Of a DNA stretch of 64,000 bases, positions 1 to 10,362 are shown piece by piece. The notes under the pieces are model-generated. The model saw only the letters and a list, made by a program, of their open reading frames with translations, searched no databases and was not told where the DNA came from. The stretch's first letter is position 1. Each line of letters starts with the position of its first letter. This DNA is from Epithemia pelagica (lineage: Eukaryota; Protista; Bacillariophyta): contig OX337232.1 of the NCBI GenBank assembly GCA_946965045.2, forward strand, positions 1,798,001 to 1,862,000. The letters are read 5' to 3'. The position numbers and the translations under genes are program-made.

Positions 1-98
1 GATGAAGAGTTAGTTTCTCAATTGCTTGTTTCCCATTTAGCAAGCGTACGAAAACGCCATCACGTACCAAGTCGGCTGACATGTCAGCATAACTCATC

Positions 99-3000
99 CT
101 AGGGTAAACGAAGGCGTCCACTGTCACCTTCATCTCGACCATCGTAGTCTCCCCAGGGTAAGTCAACCTCGTGCCATCCATTTGAATTGAACGTTAGAAT
201 GTTGGACAAAGTGACGTATGCAAATCTCGCAGGATACCTGCGGATCTTCTCCACCGGGGCGACATGCGTTGAAGCTGTTGCTCCCGTATCAACTTCTGTA
301 ATAAAGAAGTTCCCTTCTTTAACCTCCAATCGGATCTGGGGAACATCACGACAAATGCTCTCATAAACCGTGCTTTTGAAGTAGGTGGGAACCCAGAATG
401 GAGCAGCATGAACACCGCTTTGCTCTGTGATTCTCGCCCCCGGCAATGCTGGAGAACACATTATGTTGTACGGTGTCATGGACGATTCCCATCCACGAAC
501 AAGGTATACCATAGATGTGACCATACATCCGAAGAATAGTGTACGGGCAAGGAAAATGATAGTCGCCCATGTTACGCTGTTCTTCCTTTCGACAGCAAGC
601 CTCAAGCGCACCATCTCTTCGTACTGAGAGCCAAGAACATCATTCATTTTCCTGAACAAAGAGTCCTCTGGACGATACACGGTCGTGGTTTTTCGATCCT
701 TTGATCTGGAGTTGGCTTCTTTTTCGCTGGCGATCTCTGACAACACTGCGTTTGACTGTGCATCAAGGAAGCCAAAAATACCACGAAGCTGAGTGAGCTT
801 ACCAAGCATAGTTCGTGCACTTATCGAGTTCGTCGTCTTCATGTCTTCGGAGCCTCGAGAACTCGTTTGAGATGGGTCCGTAGCCATCTCACCTGCCGTG
901 GATCGGAGATTGCTTAGGCCTGTTTCTGCGAGCCTTAGCCGCGTTTCCAACTCCTCAACACCGCCACACCCATGCTCCTTTAATTTGGTAACTTTTGAAC
1001 GGACAAGCTGAGCCTGAACTTCCTGAAGTCGGATGAGCTCCAAAAGACAGGCAGATGTGTTCGATCTCTCTTCCAGAACCTCCTGGCGATCAACCGTCTT
1101 CAGACACTCATCCTCGGAACTTTCGGACACATCAGACTTTTCGGGTGTAACAGAATTCACCTGTGCTTGAAGAAAGCCGATGAGACCACGCAACTGTTTC
1201 AATTTCGCTTCACCAGCGTTTGCGTTGGGGTTTTGCGGTCCTTCAAACTCCGAGCGAAGTGTACTAAGCGCAGACCCTGCTAGCTTTAGCCTTGTTTCCA
1301 TTTCCTCCACCCCAATGCTACTGTTCTTCAGATTATTGACCTTTGATTGGACAAGCTCTGCTTCCTCTTGAACAACGATGATCTCTGCCAAAACAGATGC
1401 AGCTCGCTTTTTCTCTTGGTCCAACACTTCGTCGTCCGGCATAGCAGCGTTGACCTGCGCTGAAAGAAAACCAATAATTCCTCTTAGCTGGTTCACCTTT
1501 GAATCCCTTTGGGCAACATGCGCGGGAGTAATTGCATTGGCATCGGTTACATCCCCTTTTCCTTCAATTGCACGAACAATGCCCTCGAACTCATCTCTAA
1601 TCTCTGAAAGGGCGGTATCGGCGAGTCGAAATCGTGTCTCCATCTCTTTGATTCCGTCGCCTTTTCGCGCTTTTAATTCAGAGAGTTTTCCCCGCACCGG
1701 TTGGGTTTCCTCTTGTAGACTAACAATTTTCGACAAGCACTCTCGTATTTTACTTTTCTCGTTCTCTGTCAGGGAGCACACTTCTGACTTCTTCTTGGGT
1801 GCGGCGTCATCTGATACCGCAGCGTCCAATTGTGCTCTTAGGAAGCAAATGATCCCTCGGAGCCTGTTTACCTTCGCAAGATTATTCCGTGTATTGGAGA
1901 CTTGCACAGGTTCATCGACATTTTGAGATTGTGTACGTCCCTTTTCGACACTCTCCTCACATTCTAGGCGAAGATCTCGCAACGCAACTTCAGCAAGCCT
2001 CAACCTGGTGTCCATTTCATTGACACCAGCTTTTCCTCCTTCCTTGAGTTGATCAACTTTATTCCGCAGACACTGGGCATCATGTTCTTGGACTCTAATG
2101 ACCTCCATTAAACAAGTACATGCGCTGTCCTTCTCCCCAAGGAACTTTTCCCCCATCTCATGAAACTTTTCCTCGGCTGCTTTCTCGGCAGCAGTCTTCT
2201 TTGGGGCTCTTCGCTTCTCCTCTGACGCTATCGCTGCGTCCAAGTGCGAGTTGAGGAATGAAAGGATTCCTCGCAATCGAGCCAACTTCGCGAGGCTCTC
2301 CTGAGCATTGCTTGATTTTGCCACCTGCGGATCCGCATATGTCTCGCCGTCAATCTCGTTCTTCGTGCCCTCACAACCTGAACGAAGCTCCGTAAGGGCA
2401 ACCTCGACAAGTTTAAGTCGGGTATCCATCTCATGGACACGGACGTCACATTCCTGCAACTTGTTGACTTTGGACCGTGCATTCCCTGCCTCAAACTCTT
2501 GTACCTTGATAACATCCATCAAACAAGAGCACGCATGATCTTTCTCACTGAGAAATTTCTGCCGCATCAAGTCCAACTTTTCGGCTGGTACCACATTTTT
2601 CTGCGGTGGAGGTGGTTTTGTTGCAGACAAAATCGCGGCATCCAAGTGCGAGTTGAGGAATGAAAGAATGCCTCGCAATCGAGCCAACTTCGCGAGGCTC
2701 TCTTGAGCATTGCTTGATTTTGCCACCTGCGGATCCGCATATGTCTCGCCGTCAATCTCGTTCTTCGTGCCCTCACAACCTGAACGAAGCTCCGTAAGGG
2801 CAACCTCGACAAGTTTAAGTCGGGTATCCATCTCATCGACACGAACGTCACATTCCTGCAACTTGTTGACTTTGGACCGTGCATTCCCTGCCTCAAACTC
2901 TTGTACCTTGATAACATCCATCAAACAAGAGCACGCATGATCTTTCTCACTGAGAAATTTCTGCCGCATCAAGTCCAACTTTTCGGCTGGTACCACATTT

Positions 3001-5786
3001 TTCTGCGGTGGAGGTGGTTTTGTTGCAGACAAAATCGCGGCATCCAAGTGCGAGTTGAGGAATGAAAGAATGCCTCGCAATCGAGCCAACTTCGCGAGGC
3101 TCTCTTGAGCATTGCTTGATTTTGCCACCTGCGGATCCGCATATGTCTCGCCGTCAATCTCGTTCTTCGTGCCCTCACAACCTGAACGAAGCTCCGTAAG
3201 GGCAACCTCGACAAGTTTAAGTCGGGTATCCATCTCATCGACACGAACGTCACATTCCTGCAACTTGTTGACTTTGGACCGTGCATTCCCTGCCTCAAAC
3301 TCTTGTACCTTGATAACATCCATCAAACAAGAGCACGCATGATCTTTCTCACTGAGAAATTTCTGCCGCATCAAGTCCAACTTTTCGGCTGGTACCACAT
3401 TTTTCTGCGGTGGAGGTGGTTTTGTTGCAGACAAAATCGCGGCATCCAAGTGCGAGTTGAGGAACGAAAGAATCCCACCCAATCGATTTAGCTTTCCGAG
3501 ACTTTCCAGGGCATTGCTTGGTTTAACAGTTTCGATTTCTCCTGTTCTTTCTTCTTCGAGGTCCACGGTGATTTCCTCGCAGCTCAACCTAAGATCCCCC
3601 ATCGCGGTTTCGACGAGCCGAAGTCTTGTCTCCATTTCGTCGACACCTAGGTCGCTCTGTTCCTTCAAAGTGTTGATCTTTTCGTGAGCTAGGTGAACCT
3701 CATTTTCTTGGCAGTGCAACATGTCCATCAAACAAGCGCAAGCGCTTTCCTTCTCGCTGACCAGCTGCTCTCGCATTGACTCCAAGGCCTTGGCAGACGC
3801 CTTCTCCGCCTTGGAAGGGCGGCGATCATCATCCTCAAACATTGCAGCATTTAACTGAGCACGAAGAAAACAGAGGATTCCACGAAGCTGATTCAACTTT
3901 GCAAGACATTTCTTCGCACTGGATGGTTGAACTTCGTGATCGTCTTCGGAGTCCAACTGGTTCTCTTCCTCAATAACCCTCGTCGCCTCTTCACATTCCA
4001 TGCGGAGTTCGCCCAGGGCAACTTCGACGAGTTTGAGCCTTGTTTCCATTTCTTCAACTCCAACATTTTCCTTGCCCTGTAATTTATTGATTGTGGTTCT
4101 GATGAGTTGTGCCTCGCCTTCTTTTAAAGCAATAACTTCCGTCAAACAAGCAAATGCGGTCTCTTTTTCAGCCTGGAAATGTTGCCTCATAGCATGCAAC
4201 TTCTCATCTGCTTCTTGTTTCTCTTCTTCACCCGTCCTCTGAACAGAGCCTTCGTCACAATCTGTGGATTCCAACTGTGAATGAATAATGCCGAGAATCC
4301 GACCGAGATTCTGTACTTTGCCATGATTTGTTTTGAAGTCGGGTACATGGGGGATATCGTCTTGCTTTTCCTCATCCTCTACTGACTGAGTTCTGTAGGC
4401 TGTGAGCTTTCTTGTCGCCTCCTCGTATTCCTCACCAATTTGTGACAGTGCCTTATCCACCAAGTTCAACCTTGTTTCCATCTCATTCAAACCTGAGCAG
4501 GTGGACGAGGCGTCACCATCTTGCGACATGTCACTTATGTTTGTCAGTTGCTTGCGCAATTGGTCAACTTCTTGTTTCTTCATACGGATAACTTCAGCCA
4601 TACATTCACATGAGTACTCTTTTTCCTGCAGCTTCTCTTGTTTTCCTTCATGGATCATATTACGCAAATCTGCTACTTCCTTTTCGTATGCGGCATTTTC
4701 GTCGCGTAGAGTCCTCATTACACCTTCAAACTTCTCTTCGTTGGAAGCCTCAGCAGCTTTCAACTGACCGTGGACATAGCCCAGGACTTCGCGGAGCCTT
4801 CGAACCTTGGCAAAACTACTAGAAAAGTCAATGTCGTCCAGTTTCTTTTGGTTCGAAGACGAGCGCGCCTCTTCAATAACCTTCCCCTTCTCTTCGTGTT
4901 CTTTCAACAACGCCAAAAGGGCTGTTTCTGTGAGCTTGAGTCGAACCTTCATTTCTCCAAACCCAGCACTTTCTGATTCGTCATCAGTACTCATTCTTTC
5001 TTTCAGTTGGGAGAGCTTGGAGTTCACAGCTTGGGCTTCTCTCAGCTGAAGCAGAATGACCTGCTTCAAAGAAGCGTAAGTGTCTTCTTTTTCTTGTAGC
5101 AAATGTTTCCTTCCAGAAGCGGCGGAATCCAACTTGCCCTCATACTCTGTGCGAAGGTCAGCAAGGGCTTGTCGGGACGCGGCGTTCTGCTTCTCAGCCG
5201 AAGCAAGCTTCTCGTATGCCACGGCGACCTCCAACTGGTAGTCCGCTTCGGTCTTGGAAGCAAAGAGCTGCGAATAAAAGTTGGAAACGATGACCTGGAG
5301 ATTTTGAAGAGTTGCAATTTCGCTTCGAAGGACATTTGGGTCAATATCTTTCACAATGTCCTTTATGCTTTCGGCTTGACTATCATCCTCACTTGCGTCA
5401 TCTTCAGCGGATGCGACCTCTACAGTCGCACGTTCAACTCTCTTGGCTCTTTCGTTGTATTTCTGGCGAAGATCGGACAGCGATTGTTCGACCAGCCTGA
5501 GCCTTGCGTGAATGTCACTTTCTCCCGGAGAACCGCTCTCAAAGCTAGTGACTCGGGCCTTCATACCGGCGACCTTGTTTTGGACTTGTTCGACTTCACG
5601 GGCTTGGTTCAGAAGGAACTCCTTGAGGCTCGTGAAAGCGCATTCTTTCTCTTCAATCAAAATCTGCTTCTGAAGGATGCTTTGTTTCTTGAAGTCGTCA
5701 AATTCGCTCTGAAGAGCGATGAGGGCTGCATTTTCCACGGAGCCCTTATCGCTTTCCGCCAGCTTTGGTTTCTGCGAGAAGCCCAT
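99..5786 (-). CDS. 1895-aa helical/coiled-coil repeat protein with ~12 copies of a ~130-aa repeat, one TM helix near the C-terminus and a short Cys-containing tail
   Basis: Single 5.7-kb ORF. Recurrent motif EM(E/D)TRL.L.E.AL...L..LRGI..FL.AQL.AA. Hydrophobic segment VTWATIIFLARTLFFGCMVTSMVYLV. Extra 5' exons cannot be excluded. Confidence 0.85.
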   Translation of the reverse strand: MGFSQKPKLAESDKGSVENAALIALQSEFDDFKKQSILQKQILIEEKECAFTSLKEFLLNQAREVEQVQNKVAGMKARVTSFESGSPGESDIHARLRLVEQSLSDLRQKYNERAKRVERATVEVASAEDDASEDDSQAESIKDIVKDIDPNVLRSEIATLQNLQVIVSNFYSQLFASKTEADYQLEVAVAYEKLASAEKQNAASRQALADLRTEYEGKLDSAASGRKHLLQEKEDTYASLKQVILLQLREAQAVNSKLSQLKERMSTDDESESAGFGEMKVRLKLTETALLALLKEHEEKGKVIEEARSSSNQKKLDDIDFSSSFAKVRRLREVLGYVHGQLKAAEASNEEKFEGVMRTLRDENAAYEKEVADLRNMIHEGKQEKLQEKEYSCECMAEVIRMKKQEVDQLRKQLTNISDMSQDGDASSTCSGLNEMETRLNLVDKALSQIGEEYEEATRKLTAYRTQSVEDEEKQDDIPHVPDFKTNHGKVQNLGRILGIIHSQLESTDCDEGSVQRTGEEEKQEADEKLHAMRQHFQAEKETAFACLTEVIALKEGEAQLIRTTINKLQGKENVGVEEMETRLKLVEVALGELRMECEEATRVIEEENQLDSEDDHEVQPSSAKKCLAKLNQLRGILCFLRAQLNAAMFEDDDRRPSKAEKASAKALESMREQLVSEKESACACLMDMLHCQENEVHLAHEKINTLKEQSDLGVDEMETRLRLVETAMGDLRLSCEEITVDLEEERTGEIETVKPSNALESLGKLNRLGGILSFLNSHLDAAILSATKPPPPQKNVVPAEKLDLMRQKFLSEKDHACSCLMDVIKVQEFEAGNARSKVNKLQECDVRVDEMDTRLKLVEVALTELRSGCEGTKNEIDGETYADPQVAKSSNAQESLAKLARLRGILSFLNSHLDAAILSATKPPPPQKNVVPAEKLDLMRQKFLSEKDHACSCLMDVIKVQEFEAGNARSKVNKLQECDVRVDEMDTRLKLVEVALTELRSGCEGTKNEIDGETYADPQVAKSSNAQESLAKLARLRGILSFLNSHLDAAILSATKPPPPQKNVVPAEKLDLMRQKFLSEKDHACSCLMDVIKVQEFEAGNARSKVNKLQECDVRVHEMDTRLKLVEVALTELRSGCEGTKNEIDGETYADPQVAKSSNAQESLAKLARLRGILSFLNSHLDAAIASEEKRRAPKKTAAEKAAEEKFHEMGEKFLGEKDSACTCLMEVIRVQEHDAQCLRNKVDQLKEGGKAGVNEMDTRLRLAEVALRDLRLECEESVEKGRTQSQNVDEPVQVSNTRNNLAKVNRLRGIICFLRAQLDAAVSDDAAPKKKSEVCSLTENEKSKIRECLSKIVSLQEETQPVRGKLSELKARKGDGIKEMETRFRLADTALSEIRDEFEGIVRAIEGKGDVTDANAITPAHVAQRDSKVNQLRGIIGFLSAQVNAAMPDDEVLDQEKKRAASVLAEIIVVQEEAELVQSKVNNLKNSSIGVEEMETRLKLAGSALSTLRSEFEGPQNPNANAGEAKLKQLRGLIGFLQAQVNSVTPEKSDVSESSEDECLKTVDRQEVLEERSNTSACLLELIRLQEVQAQLVRSKVTKLKEHGCGGVEELETRLRLAETGLSNLRSTAGEMATDPSQTSSRGSEDMKTTNSISARTMLGKLTQLRGIFGFLDAQSNAVLSEIASEKEANSRSKDRKTTTVYRPEDSLFRKMNDVLGSQYEEMVRLRLAVERKNSVTWATIIFLARTLFFGCMVTSMVYLVRGWESSMTPYNIMCSPALPGARITEQSGVHAAPFWVPTYFKSTVYESICRDVPQIRLEVKEGNFFITEVDTGATASTHVAPVEKIRRYPARFAYVTLSNILTFNSNGWHEVDLPWGDYDGRDEGDSGRLRLP
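2239..3466. repeat. Near-identical coding tandem repeat, 3 x 402 bp (134 aa) plus a partial copy
   Basis: tccaagtgcgagttgagg recurs at 2239, 2641, 3043 and 3445. Units differ at only a few positions. Confidence 0.95.
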
Positions 5787-6950
5787 TGTCGTAGTCCTTC
5801 TTTAGGGCGCTCTTGAAAGGGAACTTATGGATCTGTATCTTACCAATCGTAATAAAGTGTTGGTGGTCGAAAAAAGAGGATGTGAAAAAGTGACAACCAA
5901 ATTGGCACTGGTAGGTCATTCGATGCCGGAAATATCAACTCAATGTGGTAGAGCCTATGTGGTCATGATCTCAAGGAGCAAAGATCAACCACCAGAAGAT
6001 CCAATAAATACACAGCTGCGCTCATGGATGATGTATCTCCTCCCATCCAATTGCCTCATCTCCTCACTCTCACTTCTTATAAGTACGAGTAGCGCAGATG
6101 AAAAGCATTAAACATCTGGAGGTCACAGTCACACTGGTTGTCAGTTCGTCTCTTTCTTGCGTAAATGTCGGGTGTCGGGTGGGTGACATGGGTACGTAAA
6201 TTGCAATCTTCATTTAGATATGCGACACCCCCAAACCCGAAATCTATTTGCTCCTATCCCCCAATCCCCCAAGAAATCCATTGTGAGAAAACGCCGCATC
6301 TCTACCAATATTCATTCCAACACCCCCAAACTGCTCATTTGGAACTACCAATCGCGAAATATTGAAAACGTGATGGGATGGACCATGTCACCACACCTGT
6401 TGGGACCAACTGATGCCATCTGCACAGAAATGCCATCTCCAGAATACGACATTCGTAGGACAGGGATGGTGGTATAAAACAGATTGAGCTCTCTTCCACA
6501 GATGTTCCTTGGATGCTTCTCCATGCTCTGGAGTCTGCAGGTGGAATGATGTCATTCTTCTTGCTCTGAATACTCCATCGTACCCAACCAACTTCATACG
6601 ATATCAAATAAATGTCACCCTTCTACTGAATCTTAAATGAGCCTCTATCAAAAGGTCATCAAACAAAATGACTTCGGTGAAAAAGTCATGATGTCATTAA
6701 GAGTTCGAATTCTATAGAAATGCTGTGGGTTACGAGTTTTTTATAACAAATAATAACAACACGTCATACGTCATTCTAGTCGTCAAACCTACCATCCCTA
6801 CCAAACTTTGGGCCTTTTGAGTTCGCTTGAATTTAAATTTAGAAAGTAGTCGCGAATATTACACATTTACGGGCGTGCGCGCCCTCGGCGCGCTCTGGAA
6901 AGGTGAGCGTGCGCGCCACAAAATCCGGAGACCAAAGAAATACATCCACC

Positions 6951-7942
6951 ATGTTGTTATCTTCGTCGTCGTCCTTGAAAAGCAAGCACAACAACGATCC
7001 AGGAAATCTGGTTCCTCATCCTCGCCAAGGTCGTCGTGGCGCCTTTGTGGTCTTGGAAGGACTTGATCGCAGCGGCAAAACGACGCAATGCAAACTTTTG
7101 TGGCAACGTTTGCTACAGGCTGGCATTGCTGCCTCATGCATCAAATTTCCGAACCGAACGACGGCAACGGGGCGGATTATCAATGATTACTTGCAGTCCC
7201 AACAGAATTTGGACGATCGTGCCATTCATCTATTGTTTTCCGCCAACCGATGGGAAGCAACGCACGATCTGACCAAGACCTTATACGACGGAACTACCAT
7301 CATTTGTGATCGATACGCCTACTCGGGAGTCGCCTTTTCGTCTGCCAAAGTGAAATCGGGAGCAACTAGTGACAAAGAAAACATGGCTCGTAATGGTGTT
7401 GATCGAAACTCAGACAGTGAACCAGTCATGTCGCTGGATTGGTGCCAAGCTCCCGATCGCGGTTTACCAGCGCCCGATTGTGTCATTTTCTTACAACTCT
7501 CACCGGAACAAGGTACGTCTCTGCCTTCTACTATGCCAGTTGATCTGATTTTTGTATGATTTCATAGTCCTGATTATCCGTTTGTGTCACAGCCGAGAGT
7601 AGGGGAGGCTATGGTGAAGAACGATACGAGAAGCGCGATATGCAACTGCGCGTTCGCCAGCGATTTGCCGAGCTACAACGCATGGACGAACAACAAAGAG
7701 CTAAATCAGTCGATTCATCGGACCCCAAAGCGACCACAGCGTCCCGTGTCCCCGCTTGGTATGTGATTGATGCTGCGCAATCCATGGAGGACGTTCATGC
7801 ACAAGTTTGGAATGCGATTCAATCCAGTACATCCTTTTCCGAAGACGGCACTACGTCTGAGCCACTGGGAAAACTGTGGGAAACCGGATACTTTAGCCGT
7901 CCCGAAGAGGTGAAGGAGGAAGAGAGGGGCGAAAGTATATAG
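6951..7942 (+). CDS. tmk: Thymidylate (dTMP) kinase; exons 6951-7512, 7593-7942
   Basis: P-loop VLEGLDRSGKTTQ, FPNRTT, HLLFSANRWE, CDRYAYSGVAFS. GT-AG intron 7513-7592 restores AESRGGYGEERYE. Confidence 0.93.
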
Positions 7943-8048
7943 GAGGGAGTATGTAGAGAGTCGGTAATGTCAGGGTCATTGCTTGTTGTTCCACTTTTCT
8001 ATGTTAGTTCCCCCTTTTATTTTGATTTTGGGCATTGTCTTGGTACTC

Positions 8049-8276
8049 CTAGTCGTTGTTCGAATTCATGGCACGATTGTGCAAGGAGGAAAAGAATTTT
8101 TCGTCCTCTTCTCTCTGTCGTTTGATTTTTTGAATTTGCTGTTGTCGATATCCAAATAAAAACACGGTAATTATAGCTTGCCCACCCAATAGAATCTGCC
8201 AATGGATTGGGGCGCGTTTGTAGGCCGCCCATGCCTGTTGAAACAAATTGCCTCTCGGACCGCTGCTGCTTGCCAT
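8049..8276 (-). CDS. Small 75-aa single-pass membrane protein
   Basis: ATG ORF with one hydrophobic helix (WQILLGGQAIITVFLFGY) followed by a charged tail; divergent from the TMEM184 gene. Confidence 0.55.
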   Translation of the reverse strand: MASSSGPRGNLFQQAWAAYKRAPIHWQILLGGQAIITVFLFGYRQQQIQKIKRQREEDEKFFSSLHNRAMNSNND

Positions 8277-8403
8277 GGTCGTTCTTCGGAGGAATGATGC
8301 CTGCGATCTTTTCTGACCAGGACGCCAAGATTTTGGTACTCCTCAGCGGCTGTCATACAATTGGTTTTAAATCGTGCTGCGCCCCTGTTTCCTCACAGTT
8401 CTC

Positions 8404-8511
<108 letters not shown>

Positions 8512-8758
8512 CAACCACACCGTGGTCTCGGTTCTCTGTTCCAATATCTCCTGTTCTGTTTTGACATCTCCATTCCATTGATTCCCCATTCTTTGCAAGG
8601 ACTTGCTAATTGCCATACATTCGCCTATCATATCCTCTGGATTTTTTGTCAACGAATCTAAGCCTACGAACTCGTACGGCGCAACGTCAAACTCTTTGTT
8701 CTCCACCTCGATTGCAAAACCACATCCCAGAAGAAGTACTACACCTTCAGAGTCTGTC

Positions 8759-10362
8759 ATGGGTATCCCATACCTTCGAAGTGCCTCTTCTGCACAAGAA
8801 GAGGATGGTCTCTACAATCGTCCCGAAGCATCAACATCAACAAGAAGATCCTCCCGCTTTGAATGGTTCTGGATTGCGATTCGATTTTGTAACACGTTTG
8901 CGGTCACCATTTTGGGAGTTTGTGTGGTTTGGATTTTCCTTCAACTTCAATACATTACATATTCCTTAAAGCAAGAATCGGACCGCATTGATGGCTTGCT
9001 GGACCAAATACAACAGCAACAGACGCAACAGATACAGGAACTAGATCAGAAGGTATGTCCTGACCGTGATTCGTGCATATCACAAGAAACAATGGAAGAT
9101 CTAACTTGTTTGCTGTCGCTTCAATCCTCCATTAGGTGGAAAACAATCATTCTTTAACTCTGTATCAAATGGCTGGCACTTTCACACTCATTACATGTGT
9201 ACTGACAACGTTTCACATGAGCACACACTTGAGAAATTACAACGAACCAATTGTACAGAGAAGGATTGTTACAATATTGTGGATGAGTCCGATTTACGGA
9301 GTGACAGCCTTTCTTTCTTTGTTATTTCCCAGCGCTGATGGGTATTTGGCCGTGATTCGCGATTTTTACGAGGCATACACGGTGTACACGTTTTTGGCCC
9401 TGTTGATTGCCATTTTGGGTCGTGGGGATCGTGACGCAGTTGTGCGAGTGTTGGCTCAACATGCGGATCATTTGAAGAAGCCAACCGCATGCTTAAACTC
9501 ATGCTACCACCCACCTCCTGACACCTCGGATGAAGCAATGGCCAACGCTGTTCTTTACGAATGTCAAGTGTTGGCAATGCAATTCGTCTTTATCAGACCC
9601 ATTACCTCCATCGCCTCTTTTGTTTCAACAACCCTTATGCAGAACCGTGATACGGACAACGACAACGACCCTTGGGCCTTATTCAAGACTCCCAACTTCT
9701 ACATTGCCATGGTGACGAATGTCACGGTGTTTCTTGCCTTTACGGGGCTTCTCAAGTTTTATCATGCAGTTCGTGACGATTTGCAGTGGTGTCAGCCCTT
9801 TTCAAAGTTTATGGCAATCAAAGGAGTTGTCTTTTTGACGTTTTGGCAAGGACTCCTTATTTCCATTTTCGTATCGGTTCATGAAGCCAACAAATCCAAC
9901 GACGACAGTGACAGCAGCGGCACCGCATCTGGAAAAACAGCTCAAGAGCAAGCCACGGAAATTCAACATATTTTGATCTGCTTGGAGATGGTATTTTTCA
10001 GCATTGCACATTTCTGTGTTTTTCCTGCGGAAGAATGGGAACCGAATTACAGACCTACAGAGTTCCAAGCTCCATCAATGGGAATAAAGGATTTTGCCAA
10101 GGATGTGTCCTACATTATGAGTTCCGGAAAGAGACGGAGAGATGCTGCCACAAAAAAGGTTGGTGGTGAGCTTGCAATGAGCATACCGCAGGACGATGTG
10201 TGCGATGGTGACACTGAAGATGGAACCCTTCCATCCGAGAAAATGGATCGTGACGAAACTGCTTCACCGGAAACAGAGCGTTACGATGACAACGACGCAG
10301 ATCCACTGGCGCGTTCGCCATCAAGTAAGCTTTCCTCCGAGGAGGAGAGAACAGTAATTTGA
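8759..10362 (+). CDS. TMEM184 / organic solute transporter alpha (DUF300) family protein; exons 8759-9052, 9136-10362
   Basis: QRRIVTILWMSPIYGV, IRDFYEAYTVYTF, QFVFIRP, KFMAIKGVVFLTFWQG, LICLEMVFFSIAH. In-frame GT-AG intron 9053-9135. Confidence 0.9.

Noticed and set aside
5787-6900. Possible 5' exons of the giant repeat gene and short ORFs
   Set aside because: No convincing splice pair keeps the frame, and the ORFs are short with no motifs.
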